Origin: Candidatus Peribacter riflensis
GTDB lineage: Bacteria; Patescibacteriota; Gracilibacteria; Peribacterales; Peribacteraceae
Length of the DNA stretch: 32,000 nucleotides
Direction: 5' to 3'
NCBI GenBank assembly: GCA_001430755.1
Contig: CP013062.1
Span: forward strand, 960,001-992,000
Shown here: positions 1-8,886 of the stretch, piece by piece
Position numbering within the stretch: position 1 is the stretch's first letter
Layout of the letters: each line of letters begins with the position of its first letter
The notes under the pieces: model-generated
Databases searched by the model: none
Told to the model about the DNA's origin: nothing
What the model saw: the letters and a program-made list of their open reading frames with translations, nothing else
Translations under genes and position numbers: made by a program

Positions 1-101
1 CTGGGGATAGAAATGGAGACGGGTCGCGCGGCCGATTCAGAGGGTTTTTTGAATGAAGCACCATCTGCCTGTAGTCAAAAGAGAAAAAAACTCACTAAAA
101 A

Positions 102-129
102 TTGTGCGGGCTTCTCGTGGAGGTACAAT
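102..129 (+). promoter_or_regulatory. Candidate sigma-70-type promoter TTGTGC-N16-TACAAT, with its -10 box ending 11 nt before the TPR gene ATG
   Basis: TTGTGC at 102-107 and TACAAT at 124-129 with a 16-nt spacer. The ATG at 141 would leave a very short or absent leader. Confidence 0.3.
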
Positions 130-140
130 GACGTCCTCCC

Positions 141-737
141 ATGCAAGCGCCCCACTCTTCCGACACTCTGCAACGGCTCGAGCGCGCAGAGCAACTGAAG
201 CTCACCTGCAAACATGAAGATGCGCTGAAAATTCTGGAAGAGTTGCTGATCGAAGACCCCGAGAACGTTCCCGCACTCGAAGAAGTGGCGGATAACGAGT
301 TGAGTTTGGGGCATTTTTCGCGCGCAGAACGCGCAGCGAGGAGGGCGGTGGCCATCGGGCAGAAGAGCTACACCGGACACTACATTCTGGGGTACCTCCG
401 CTCACAGGAGGAGAAGTGGGATTCAGCCCTGAAGGAACTGAAGATCGCCAATACGCTCAGCCCCAACAATGCCGAGATCCTTCGTTGTTTGGGATGGGTA
501 CTCTTCAACGTCGGCCAGCGGGCGCAGGGCGTGGTGACCCTGGAACGTGCACTCAATTTGGACCAGGAAAATCCCCTCACCCTCTGCGATCTGGGTTCCG
601 CCTACCTGCAGGCCCGCAACCTGCGCAAAGCCCGTGCGCTCTTTCAGCGCGCGCTGGAGCTGGATCCGGAGAATGGCCGTGCCAAGGAATGCGTGCTCAT
701 GGCGGAACGACTGCTCAAGACGACCGAGAGGAAATGA
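141..737 (+). CDS. Tetratricopeptide (TPR) repeat protein
   Basis: 198-aa ORF with consecutive ~34-aa helical repeats rich in A/L/Y/G (ALKILEELL, AERAARRAVAIG, ALKELKIANTLSPNNAE, ALNLDQENP, ALELDPENGRA). GC-rich third codon positions. Confidence 0.75.
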   Translation: MQAPHSSDTLQRLERAEQLKLTCKHEDALKILEELLIEDPENVPALEEVADNELSLGHFSRAERAARRAVAIGQKSYTGHYILGYLRSQEEKWDSALKELKIANTLSPNNAEILRCLGWVLFNVGQRAQGVVTLERALNLDQENPLTLCDLGSAYLQARNLRKARALFQRALELDPENGRAKECVLMAERLLKTTERK

Positions 738-842
738 GGAGAGAGCACGTCGGCGATGACCGGACACCACTGTTCCCGCAAACCTCCACTTCAACCGCCG
801 GAGGAACGCTCGTATACTCCCGTGTGTCCTCCGCGCGCCTTC

Positions 843-1793
843 ATGCACTCTCCCGTCCTGCGACGCAGCCTCCGCCGTGCTCTCCTGACACTCTGGCGTG
901 AAGGGGAATGGCGTGCGAGTTTCGGCTCGCTGCTCGGCATCTGTACGCTCTTTCAATTTCTGTTGCTGGGCCTGCTCGGCGCAGGCGCCGTTGAATCGCT
1001 GCTCCTCTTGCACTCCGATGTGAAGCTCGAAATCCGGCCCGAGGCCAACCGGGGGGAAGTGCAACAGTTCTTCTCGAACCTGCAGCAGCTGCCGTACGTG
1101 GAGCGCGCTGTCTACATCACCCGCGAACAGGCGCTGGCACGCATCAAAGTGGAGGATCCCACCCTCGCAGCATTCTTCGAAAAATTCGGCGTGGATAATC
1201 CGTTCCCCGATACGATCGGCGTGACGCTCCGGTCCCTCAGTGATTACCCGGTCTTTTCGACCTTCCTCTTAGACCCGCGCTGGCAGCAGATCGTGGATCC
1301 CGCGCTGCTCTCGAATATCACCCATCAGGAAGAACGCGTGCACGAGCTTTTGCGTGTCGCGAACGGAGGCAGGAATCTGGCAGCCATCCTCCTCTTACTC
1401 GCGTGCGGCATCCTGCTCTCGACCATTGTGGAATTCACACGGAGAAACGCCCTCGGCCGCTCAGAAGAGGTCCTGGTGGAGCGGCTCGTCGGCTCAGACG
1501 GATTTGCGCTGGCTCTGCCCTTCATTTGGGAGGCAGCGATCCTGCTCTGGGGGAGCATTCTCGTGAGCGCCGCAGTGCTGATGGTGTTTCTAGTGATCCT
1601 CCCGACGCTCGTTCCGGCACTGAGCGCCGGAGGAGCCCTGGCTGCACTGGCCGTGGCCGCCGTGCCCATCTTCTCTGTCGCACTGCCCACCGCTCTGATC
1701 CTCGAGCTCCTCTGCGCCCCGCTCCTCGCCGGAATCGGGGCCTGGCTCGGCATTCGCCCGTCGCTCCGATCCACCTCGCTCAGCCATTCTTAG
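843..1793 (+). CDS. ftsX: FtsX-like cell-division/ABC-type permease
   Basis: Basic N-terminus LRRSLRRALLTLWREG followed by a TM helix. Then a ~100-aa external domain (LPYVERAVYITREQALARIK...FPDTIGVTL) and three C-terminal TM helices. The ORF opens at 756, but ATG 843 gives the canonical N-terminus. No ftsE lies adjacent. Confidence 0.7.
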   Translation: MHSPVLRRSLRRALLTLWREGEWRASFGSLLGICTLFQFLLLGLLGAGAVESLLLLHSDVKLEIRPEANRGEVQQFFSNLQQLPYVERAVYITREQALARIKVEDPTLAAFFEKFGVDNPFPDTIGVTLRSLSDYPVFSTFLLDPRWQQIVDPALLSNITHQEERVHELLRVANGGRNLAAILLLLACGILLSTIVEFTRRNALGRSEEVLVERLVGSDGFALALPFIWEAAILLWGSILVSAAVLMVFLVILPTLVPALSAGGALAALAVAAVPIFSVALPTALILELLCAPLLAGIGAWLGIRPSLRSTSLSHS

Positions 1794-1816
1794 AAGAGAC
1801 GCGCTACACTGTCTCC

Positions 1817-2440
1817 ATGTCGTACTCTGCGGTCTTCGATGCCATCGTGCTCGCCTCCTATGACGTGGGGGAAGCCGACCGGTTCCTGATCCTCCTCACG
1901 CGCGAGAAGGGACGTCTCGCTGCGCGGGCACCGGGGGCGCGTCGCTTGAAAAGCCGCCTCTGCCCGCTCCTGCCACTCACCCATCTCGCCGTGGAACTCA
2001 AAGAGAGCCGCGGCGGCTTTCTCGTCTGCGGCATCACCCCGCACCACCATCACAATCCCCGCGTGCAGCACCTTCAGGATTTTTTCGTGCGCATGCAGGC
2101 GAGTGAACTCTTGCTCGCGCTCCTCTCGGACGGGGAACCGGTACCGGAAATTTTCGAGGCGCTGTCTGCTCTGCTCCACCATCCGCACTGCGCCGAACAG
2201 GACACGCTTGCCTTCACCCTCCGCGTACTGGCCCTGCTGGGAGTGCTGCCGGAAATAACACATCGCCTCTTTGCCCCACTGTCTCCGGAAGAGCGCTCCT
2301 TTGTTCTGGCAAGCATGCGCGGAACACCCGTGAACGAAAAAATTTCCTGCACCCGCCTGAGAAGCCTCTGCACCCAACTCGTGCAGGAGCATTGCACGCG
2401 ACCGTTGCGCTCCACAGACGTGGCCGCCGCATGTATGTAA
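1817..2440 (+). CDS. recO: DNA repair protein RecO
   Basis: 207 aa. The N-terminal OB-fold signature AIVLASYDVGEADRFLILLTREKGRLAARAPGARRLKSR is typical of RecO. ATG at 1817. The longer ORF from 1403 overlaps ftsX and looks spurious. Confidence 0.8.
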   Translation: MSYSAVFDAIVLASYDVGEADRFLILLTREKGRLAARAPGARRLKSRLCPLLPLTHLAVELKESRGGFLVCGITPHHHHNPRVQHLQDFFVRMQASELLLALLSDGEPVPEIFEALSALLHHPHCAEQDTLAFTLRVLALLGVLPEITHRLFAPLSPEERSFVLASMRGTPVNEKISCTRLRSLCTQLVQEHCTRPLRSTDVAAACM

Positions 2441-2444
2441 GTGC

Positions 2445-3080
2445 CTAGAGAAACCCCTCAAGCTCCTGGGCACGATTGGGCTGCCGCAACTTGCGTATCG
2501 CTTTCGCTTCAATCCCACGTATGCGTTCCCTCGTGACTTTGAAGATGTGTCCGATCTCTTCTGGGGTATAGGAGACACCATCCACAAGTCCGTAGTGCAA
2601 TTTAATGATTTCCCTCTCGCGATACGAGAGAGTTTTGAGAACCTTGGCGATCCTGCCTCTAAGCAACGCCTGTTCATCGGGAATCCTCTGTAGGGGCTCT
2701 TCGCAAGGCATGCCTCCTCTTAGGGGAGGGCGTTCCGTCTTCGCATCTGTATCGTATGAACCGGACAGTGCCTGCTCTATGCGCCGCCTCACAAAAGAAG
2801 TCATATTCTTCGCGAAGTGCCCTTGTTCATAGTCATGAAGTGCCTCGAGCAGTGCTGCCATCCCAATTTGAAGAGCTTCCTCGGGTTCACTGTCATCCGG
2901 GAATATTTCCCACACAATGTGCTGAGCAAAACCCAGGCATGCCTGATCAAAAATCTCCTTTTGACCGTGGCGCGCATAGGCAGTGGCCGCTGCACCGAAC
3001 TTCCGTCCTGCAACCAGTTTCCGGGCGAATGCGTTCGGAGAAAAGTCCGGACTTTCAGGTTGAACATCTGTTTCTTCCAT
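2445..3080 (-). CDS. RNA polymerase sigma factor, sigma-70 family (short, divergent region 2)
   Basis: The C-terminus LSYREREIIKLHYGLVDGVSYTPEEIGHIFKVTRERIRGIEAKAIRKLRQPNRAQELEGFL matches the RpoD-type region 4 pattern almost exactly. Region 2 is only loosely recognisable (GMAALLEALHDYEQGHFAKNMTSFVRRRIEQAL). Confidence 0.85.
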   Translation of the reverse strand: MEETDVQPESPDFSPNAFARKLVAGRKFGAAATAYARHGQKEIFDQACLGFAQHIVWEIFPDDSEPEEALQIGMAALLEALHDYEQGHFAKNMTSFVRRRIEQALSGSYDTDAKTERPPLRGGMPCEEPLQRIPDEQALLRGRIAKVLKTLSYREREIIKLHYGLVDGVSYTPEEIGHIFKVTRERIRGIEAKAIRKLRQPNRAQELEGFL

Positions 3081-3086
3081 ATTGGT

Positions 3087-3116
3087 AATATAACATTATT
3101 ATGGCATTATTGTCAA
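3087..3116 (-). promoter_or_regulatory. Near-consensus promoter of the sigma gene (TTGACA-N18-TATATT), implying a leaderless mRNA
   Basis: The minus strand reads gcgttaaaTTGACAataatgccataataatgtTATATTaccaatATG. The -10 box ends 6 nt before the start codon. This is an AT-rich island in a GC-rich window. Confidence 0.5.
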
Positions 3117-3124
3117 TTTAACGC

Positions 3125-4435
3125 TCATCTCCCTCCCGGACTCAACGTTGGCTCGCGGGCAGATGCCGCGCTTGCAGACGATACACTGCTACCGGATGGG
3201 TTGAGGAGCAGCGGCGACGTCGCTTCGACGCCGATCTGATCGAAACGCGGACGTGCCTCGTAGGCGGAGAACACTCCTTCCTCGTCCTCCGTGCCGTTGG
3301 AACGGATCAGACGCCACCACATCGCCTTCAGGCCCGGTACGCGCTCGCCGACCTTGCGCGTCGTACCTGCGGGAATTTCTGTGGTGTACTCCACCCGATC
3401 GGGAGGTGGCGCGGCAAATCCCCATGTGAAGGGCCCGATGATCTCACTCTGCCGCTGATCACGGGTGCCGTAGTAAATGAAGTACGCATGGTCCCCATCG
3501 ACATGCGTCTGGATGAGCAACGCGCCGGGAGAATCATTCAAAAACCGGATATCCGTGTGCGGCGGGTAGATGGTCGCATCTGTTCCCTGAGGACTGTAGT
3601 AGTGCACGGCGAAGCTGTGATTGCGCCGGGCGAGGATGGGGAATCCGTACTCCCACACGCCGCGGTAGAACGTGGTGCCAACCTGACACAGTCCTCCGCC
3701 GTAATCCGGGAGCGTCTTGTCGCCCATGATCACGAGTTCCTTCAGATACCCGGTGGCCGCATTCACCGGACCCAGAATTGCATTGAAGGAAAGCTCAGCC
3801 CCCTGGGGAACGAGCGTGCCATTGAACTTCTGCAGCCCCACACTGATGTTGTGCCGCCTTGCCTTAGCCGATCCGGAAAAATCAGATTCTCCGATGCTCA
3901 CCACCTCACGAATCCCCTGCGCAGCCAACAGGGCATCTTCCACGATAATCTGGGGCTGTGTTTCAATCACCGGGAGGGTGATATCCATCACGTCCTGGGC
4001 AAGCGCACTCAGGGTGAGCGTGACTGCACGATCCAGATCCACCCGGCGCCCGAGCATGCCCACGCCCTCGAACGTGATGGCGCCCGTACCGGACCCGCGA
4101 ATGGTCACGGACCCCGCAGGACGATCGAAAACCGTTGCGATTTTGCGCTCGAGTGCGGCGCGCACAGCCCCGCGATTCCACGAGATTTCTTCTGCGCGCT
4201 CGAATCCCGCTGGCAGGGCAGGCACGCGATCGCCATCCACCCGAAACTCCGCTGGCACAGTCACCGGTCGCCCCTGGTACGTCCACACCTCGCGCGGTTC
4301 CTGCCACCCTGTATCCACAGGCACCGAAAACAGGTGATGCTGGTAGCGAAACGTGAGACTGGCGGCGTGCGCACCGAATGGAACAGCCCACAGGAACATG
4401 CTGGTGATGAACAAGAGGCGCTTCACGCGGACCAT
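3125..4435 (-). CDS. VanW-family protein with N-terminal signal/anchor
   Basis: 436 aa. Hydrophobic N-terminus MVRVKRLLFITSMFLWAVPFGAHA. The C-terminal block LPDYGGGLCQVGTTFYRGVWEYGFPILARRNHSFAVHYY...GTDATIY is characteristic of the VanW domain. Confidence 0.8.
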   Translation of the reverse strand: MVRVKRLLFITSMFLWAVPFGAHAASLTFRYQHHLFSVPVDTGWQEPREVWTYQGRPVTVPAEFRVDGDRVPALPAGFERAEEISWNRGAVRAALERKIATVFDRPAGSVTIRGSGTGAITFEGVGMLGRRVDLDRAVTLTLSALAQDVMDITLPVIETQPQIIVEDALLAAQGIREVVSIGESDFSGSAKARRHNISVGLQKFNGTLVPQGAELSFNAILGPVNAATGYLKELVIMGDKTLPDYGGGLCQVGTTFYRGVWEYGFPILARRNHSFAVHYYSPQGTDATIYPPHTDIRFLNDSPGALLIQTHVDGDHAYFIYYGTRDQRQSEIIGPFTWGFAAPPPDRVEYTTEIPAGTTRKVGERVPGLKAMWWRLIRSNGTEDEEGVFSAYEARPRFDQIGVEATSPLLLNPSGSSVSSASAASAREPTLSPGGR

Positions 4436-4469
4436 CGTATAGGAAGGGTGCGGAAGGAGGAACCTTCGC

Positions 4470-5096
4470 TCAGGGCTGCAGTCCTTTCCTCGGCGATTCG
4501 TACTTCGGCGCAGGATGCTCGTCGAGCGCCTTATTCACCAGCGCATCGGCGCGGAAATTATCGGAGCGCGGAATGTGCTTGAACGTGATGGAGTGAAAAT
4601 CCTGCGACAGTGTCTGAATTTCTTCAATGAAGGGCTTCAAATGTGCCATGCGAACCTGATACTGCCCGTTGAGCTGCCGGACGATGAGCTCGGAATCGAG
4701 GTGACAAACGAGACGATTGGGGTGGTAATGCTTCGCAATCTTCAACCCTGTAATGAGCGCCCGGTACTCCGCAACATTGTTGGTTTCGACGCCGATCCGC
4801 TCTGCGTGTTCACGCAGCGTCACACCGCGTGTCGGATCTTCGAGAATACATCCCACGGCAGCCTGGCCGGGATTCCCGCGCGATCCGCCGTCGGTGAACA
4901 GGTGGAGCGTGCCGCCAACAGACTCGGGCTGGTCCATACCCAGCTGTTTCTGGGGACTCTCCAGTTCCCGGGTGATGAGATCCGCCACAAACTGCTCACG
5001 TTCCTTTACACGCGGAAAGATCTGTTGGAGTCGACGCTCGAGGGCGGCAGGAATGCGAGTCACCGCACACCAGTGTAGCGCGGGTGTATCTCTCAT
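4470..5096 (-). CDS. rnhA: Ribonuclease HI family protein with ~60-aa N-terminal extension
   Basis: DEDD-type motifs LFTDGGSRGNPG, TNNVAEYRALI, HLDSELIV and RSDNFRADALVN. The ATG at 5096 was chosen because longer starts run into the divergent ctp gene. Confidence 0.75.
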   Translation of the reverse strand: MRDTPALHWCAVTRIPAALERRLQQIFPRVKEREQFVADLITRELESPQKQLGMDQPESVGGTLHLFTDGGSRGNPGQAAVGCILEDPTRGVTLREHAERIGVETNNVAEYRALITGLKIAKHYHPNRLVCHLDSELIVRQLNGQYQVRMAHLKPFIEEIQTLSQDFHSITFKHIPRSDNFRADALVNKALDEHPAPKYESPRKGLQP

Positions 5097-5145
5097 GCAT
5101 TGCTCGACGCACACGGAGATTCCGGTATGATGGGCCAACGTCCCC

Positions 5146-6477
5146 ATGAAGCGCACACTCCGCATCGGCCTGATCGTCCTGCTGCCCCTCATCACCCTGT
5201 CGCTCGGCTGGGGATTGGGCGTGCGGTATGCCGAACGCCAGGTGGCCGACATGATGAGCCAGCTCGAATTCCTGTACCAGGGCAAGACCGCGAGCGGAAC
5301 CCTGGTGCACGACCCGGAGAAGGAAGTGGATCTCGCCCTGCTGTGGGGCGTGTGGAGATTGCTGCAGCAGCACTACATCGCTCCGGAAAAGCTGCAAACA
5401 ACCAACATGCTCTTCGGTGCCACTGCGGGCCTCGTGCGCGCACTCGATGATCCCTACACCTCCTTCATGACTCCGCGTGAGAATACTGATTTCAAGGAGG
5501 GTCTGGGTGGCAAGCTCCACGGCATCGGAGCCGAGCTCACCATGAAAGACGGGCAGGTGGTCGTGGTCGCACCGCTCAAGGGATCTCCGGCGCAGGAAGC
5601 AGGCCTGCTGCCCGAAGACATCATCATCGAGGTGAATGGCACCGACATCAGCAACGAAACGCTCACGAATGTCGTGCAGCGCATTCGCGGCCCCAAGGGG
5701 ACCTCCGTCACCCTCACCCTCCTGCGCGCCGATCAGCCGGATGCATTTGAGCTGACCATCAAGCGCGCCGATATCACCATCCCCAGTGTGGAAGCAGAGG
5801 TGCACCAGACCGCCAGCGGTGCCGTCGGCGTCATTGCCCTCAATCAATTCGGAGATGAGACCGTGCAGGAAGTGGAGAAAGCCCTCCGGGACCTGCAGAA
5901 GGAGAAGGAACCAATTCAGGGGCTCGTCATCGACTTGCGCTTCAACGGCGGCGGCTATCTCGACGGTGCTGTGGAGCTCGCGTCACTCTTTCTCAAACAA
6001 GGAAAGGTGGTCACCGTGCAACGCCGCGAAGGTGAGCCGGTGGCTCACTACGTGAACGGCCGCCCACTCGAAGCGGAGCTGCCGCTGGCCGTCCTTATCA
6101 ATGCCGGCTCTGCATCGGCCTCAGAGATCTTCGCCGGCGCGATTCAGGATCACAAGCGCGGCACGATTGTGGGTCAAACGAGCTTCGGCAAGGGCACCGT
6201 ACAAGAAGTCTTCGATCTGCCCGGCGGCAGCAGCCTGCGCGTCACCGTAGCCCGCTGGCTCACCCCGGGAGGCAAAGATTTGAGCAAGGAGGGCATTCAT
6301 CCGGATATCGAAGTGGATCGCACGCCCGAAGACAGCGCGGCAGACAGAGACCCGCAACTCGATACCGCCATGGAGTGGCTGCTCGAACATGGGCAACCGG
6401 GCACGACCGTGGAGCCGGATACGATGGAAAAGGCTCCGCTCCCCAAGCAGGCAGGCAAAGAGATCGAGAGTGAGTGA
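5146..6477 (+). CDS. ctpA: Carboxyl-terminal processing protease (peptidase S41) with PDZ domain
   Basis: 443 aa. N-terminal TM helix, a PDZ-like GIGAEL...VVAPLKGSPAQEAGLLPEDIIIEVNG, and the S41 core GLVIDLRFNGGGYLDGAVELASLFL...NAGSASASEIFAGA. Confidence 0.9.
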   Translation: MKRTLRIGLIVLLPLITLSLGWGLGVRYAERQVADMMSQLEFLYQGKTASGTLVHDPEKEVDLALLWGVWRLLQQHYIAPEKLQTTNMLFGATAGLVRALDDPYTSFMTPRENTDFKEGLGGKLHGIGAELTMKDGQVVVVAPLKGSPAQEAGLLPEDIIIEVNGTDISNETLTNVVQRIRGPKGTSVTLTLLRADQPDAFELTIKRADITIPSVEAEVHQTASGAVGVIALNQFGDETVQEVEKALRDLQKEKEPIQGLVIDLRFNGGGYLDGAVELASLFLKQGKVVTVQRREGEPVAHYVNGRPLEAELPLAVLINAGSASASEIFAGAIQDHKRGTIVGQTSFGKGTVQEVFDLPGGSSLRVTVARWLTPGGKDLSKEGIHPDIEVDRTPEDSAADRDPQLDTAMEWLLEHGQPGTTVEPDTMEKAPLPKQAGKEIESE

Positions 6478-6483
6478 CGGAGA

Positions 6484-6906
6484 TCAGTAGGCAAAAAGCT
6501 CGCTCTCAGAGAAGAAACGGCTCACTTCTTTTTCGGCGGATTCCGGGCTGTCGGATGCATGGGCCACGTTGACCATTTGATCTTTGCCAAATTCAGCCCG
6601 GATGGTTCCGGGGGCGGCCTTGCGGCTGTCGGTGACGCCCAGCATTTCCCGCACGCGATCCACGACTTTGTCTCCTTCCAGCACCAGGGCGACCACGGGA
6701 ACCGAACCCATGAATTTCTCCACCTCGGGGAAGAACGGCTTATCTGCGATGTGCGCGTAGTGCTCGCGCAGGAGCTCGGGCTTGAGATGGATCATCTTCA
6801 TGCCGCGAATCGTGAGACCGGCATCTTCGAAACGTGTGAGCACCTTGCCGCAGATCTTCTGCGTCACGGCATCGGGTTTGAGGAGGATGAGAGTGCGTTG
6901 TGCCAT
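6484..6906 (-). CDS. ndk: Nucleoside diphosphate kinase
   Basis: 140 aa from ATG 6906. MAQRTLILLKPDAV...HYAHIADKPFF...GTIRAEFG...NVAHASDS matches the Ndk pattern, including the active-site His. Confidence 0.9.
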   Translation of the reverse strand: MAQRTLILLKPDAVTQKICGKVLTRFEDAGLTIRGMKMIHLKPELLREHYAHIADKPFFPEVEKFMGSVPVVALVLEGDKVVDRVREMLGVTDSRKAAPGTIRAEFGKDQMVNVAHASDSPESAEKEVSRFFSESELFAY

Positions 6907-6971
6907 AGGTGGCCACATCCTAGAGAAACACCTCGGCAATCGCCAATCAGAAAATCGGCAATTGTCGTTCG

Positions 6972-8231
6972 TCACACGATCAATTCCTCCAATTTGGCTT
7001 TATTCTCCTCCTGGCCAATCACTACGAGCCGAAGATCCTTGTGCGTGAGCAGCCGCTTGGCGAGTGCATTCACCTGCTCCTGCGTGACCTTGGCGATTTC
7101 GGCGAAGTACTGCGGCAGATCGCGCACCTTGGGATACAGGAGTTGCTGCTTGCCGTAGAAGTGCGCACGCTCTTCGGTATCCTCGAGTGAAAGCGTCACG
7201 CGCCCCGTGAGATAGTCTTTGGCACGGGTGAGCTCCTCTGCCGTAACACCCGAGGCCGCGCACTGGTCGTACTCATGGATGATGAGAGTGATCGCCTCGT
7301 GCAGACGGGTCTGATCGATGCCCGCGCGCGTGGAGAGGGAACCTCCGTCGAGATAGCTGTCCACCTCCGTGGCAATGTAGTAGCAGAGCCCCTTGGCCTC
7401 ACGGATATTCAGGAACATGCGCGAACTCATGTTTCCACCCAGGATGATCGAGAGCAGCTTGTGCGCAAAATGATCGCCGTCCAAGGCACCGACACCGGGA
7501 ACGCCCAGCACCAGATGCGCCTGCTCCGTTTTCTTGGTGCGCAGGTACACACGGTCCGATCCGAACGTCGTGAACGGGTCAAAGGCATGGCTCTTCTTCC
7601 CACCGATGGGACGGAAATACCGCTCTGCCAGAGCGAGCGCCTGTGCCTGATCCACTTTCCCCGCAAAAGCGAGGACGAGATTATCGGGCGTGTAGAGCTC
7701 TTCTTTATGATGGAGAAAATCCGAGGTCTGGACGGACTGGATCACCTTCTCGGTGCCGATGGTATCCCAGCCAAGAGGATGATCGCCGTACAGGAGCTGC
7801 TCGAAATCCCACCCGGCGCGGTACATGGGCGTGTCCTGGTACATGCGCTCCTCCTCCATGATCACCCCACGCTCCTTCTCGATCTCCTCCTGCGGAAACT
7901 TGGCGTTGCAGAGCATGTCGCTGAGCACATCACACGAAAGATCCAAGTGCTTCGCCGCGGCCTTCACGTAATACCCCGCGTACTCCTTGCCGGTGAATGC
8001 ATTGAAGTCGCCGCCCACCCCCTCGATCGCAGCGCTCACATCCTTCGTCGTCAGATACTTATCACCACCCTTGAAGAACATGTGCTCCAGAAAGTGGCTG
8101 ATGCCGCGATTCTGCTGCCGCTCGTAGCGCGACCCCGCTCCGGCGAACACCATGACCGTGGCGGATTCCACACCGTCGCTGGGAGCGGTGAGAACAGGCA
8201 GCCCGGAGGCAAGACGCTGAATGGAGTACAT
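6972..8231 (-). CDS. M16 family (pitrilysin-like) zinc peptidase
   Basis: Inverted zinc motif HFLEHMFFKG near the N-terminus, plus a typical M16 length and two-domain layout. ATG 8231 preferred; the ORF opens at 8267. Confidence 0.85.
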   Translation of the reverse strand: MYSIQRLASGLPVLTAPSDGVESATVMVFAGAGSRYERQQNRGISHFLEHMFFKGGDKYLTTKDVSAAIEGVGGDFNAFTGKEYAGYYVKAAAKHLDLSCDVLSDMLCNAKFPQEEIEKERGVIMEEERMYQDTPMYRAGWDFEQLLYGDHPLGWDTIGTEKVIQSVQTSDFLHHKEELYTPDNLVLAFAGKVDQAQALALAERYFRPIGGKKSHAFDPFTTFGSDRVYLRTKKTEQAHLVLGVPGVGALDGDHFAHKLLSIILGGNMSSRMFLNIREAKGLCYYIATEVDSYLDGGSLSTRAGIDQTRLHEAITLIIHEYDQCAASGVTAEELTRAKDYLTGRVTLSLEDTEERAHFYGKQQLLYPKVRDLPQYFAEIAKVTQEQVNALAKRLLTHKDLRLVVIGQEENKAKLEELIV

Positions 8232-8321
8232 CGGGGAAGAGTCTACGGAGGAACCTCCGTAAAGCAAAGCTGCATTGGAATTGCATCAAACATACAAAAA
8301 CAAAACAGTAAACGTAGGAGG

Positions 8322-8446
8322 GGCGCGCCATCGGGGGTGAAGGGGAAGGCCCTGCCGCGAAGCGGGATGCCGACGAGTCGGCTCCGAAGCCTTGGAGGAG
8401 CCAGCGAGGAGGCACAGGGCCTAAGCGGAGTGGGGATTGGCGCGCC
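8322..8446. other. Multi-stem GC-rich structured element (candidate small RNA or GC-rich repeat), strand unknown
   Basis: Outer stem GGCGCGCC(A) 8322-8332 pairs with (T)GGCGCGCC 8436-8446. Inner stem GGCCCTG 8348-8354 pairs with CAGGGCC 8415-8421. The inner stem encloses three short hairpins (CCGC-GAA-GCGG, GCCGA-CGAG-TCGGC, CTCC-GAAGCCTT-GGAG). No convincing ORF covers it. Confidence 0.25.
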
Positions 8447-8455
8447 GGCGTTTTG

Positions 8456-8517
8456 CCCGCCCGAACGTACCGTTGTTCGGTACGGGCGGGGCTCCACCTT
8501 TGTCGCGACAAAGGTGG
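8456..8517. terminator. Two tandem strong hairpins (terminator-like, no clear U-tract)
   Basis: Hairpin A: CCCGCC..CGTACCG-TTGTT-CGGTACG-GGCGGG (8456-8490). Hairpin B: perfect 24-nt palindrome CCACCTTTGTCGCGACAAAGGTGG (8494-8517). They lie in the middle of a divergent intergenic gap. Confidence 0.3.
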
Positions 8518-8791
8518 AAAGAGAACGAAAATACGAACATCAGTTCGGCACCAGACTTACACCGTAAATAGTCTTCTCTTTCTTGACCACCTCTGCGGCG
8601 CTCTGTAGGCTTTCAGCGCTCCAAATCTCCCTATGCTCAGCAAACTCAAGTGGCGGCGACGCATGCGCAAGCATGGCTTCCTCAAGCGCCAGCAGACCAG
8701 AAACGGCCGCAAGGTCCTCGCCCGTCGTCGGCGTAGGGGGCGCAAGCAAATCGTCGTGCAGCGGAAAGGAAAGAAATAGGCAACTATCGGT

Positions 8792-8886
8792 GTATCAGTA
8801 ATCAGAGTATCAGTAATCTGTGTGTCGGCGGGTCAGAACTCGTTTTCTTTCACTGATACTCAGATATTCTGTTATTCTGATACTCC
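8792..8886 (+). promoter_or_regulatory. Operator-like array: two direct GTATCAGTAATC boxes plus two inverted CTGATAC boxes just upstream of the 8889 gene
   Basis: GTATCAGTAATC at 8792-8803 and 8807-8818. CTGATAC, its inverted core, at 8853-8859 and 8877-8883. TATTCTG direct repeat at 8865-8871 and 8873-8879. The ATG at 8889 follows directly. Confidence 0.35.

Noticed and set aside
20-52. A possible terminator of an upstream, off-window gene (GC-rich segment followed by GGGTTTTTTG).
   Set aside because: The T run is convincing but I could not draw a clean stem-loop immediately before it. This is too weak to list as a feature.
1403-1816. N-terminal extension of the RecO ORF (starting at 1403). 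The 5' extensions of the ndk (6975), rnhA (5285), GtrA (27756), GT2 (24261) and SDR (24131) ORFs are similar.
   Set aside because: The extensions overlap neighbouring genes or repeat elements and are Arg/Pro-rich. They precede internal ATGs that give canonical family N-termini.
7275-8567. 430-aa + strand ORF. Similar long antisense ORFs occur at 3488-4582 (+), 4996-5847 (-), 1790-2677 (-), 17130-18065 (+), 19516-20580 (-), 24230-25237 (-), 27534-28319 (-) and 30640-31632 (+).
   Set aside because: Each lies antisense to a gene with strong family motifs. Their translations are Arg/Gly/His-rich and low-complexity, without motifs. This is the typical shadow-ORF artefact of GC-rich DNA.
8540-8749. 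69-aa minus-strand ORF (MLAPPTPTTGEDLAAV...EVVKKEKTIYGVSLVPN) in the 8.27-8.89 kb gap.
   Set aside because: No recognisable motif and no RBS. Its codon usage is unlike the neighbours (several CTT, GCT and AGT codons). It might be a degraded or foreign small gene, but I cannot support calling it.
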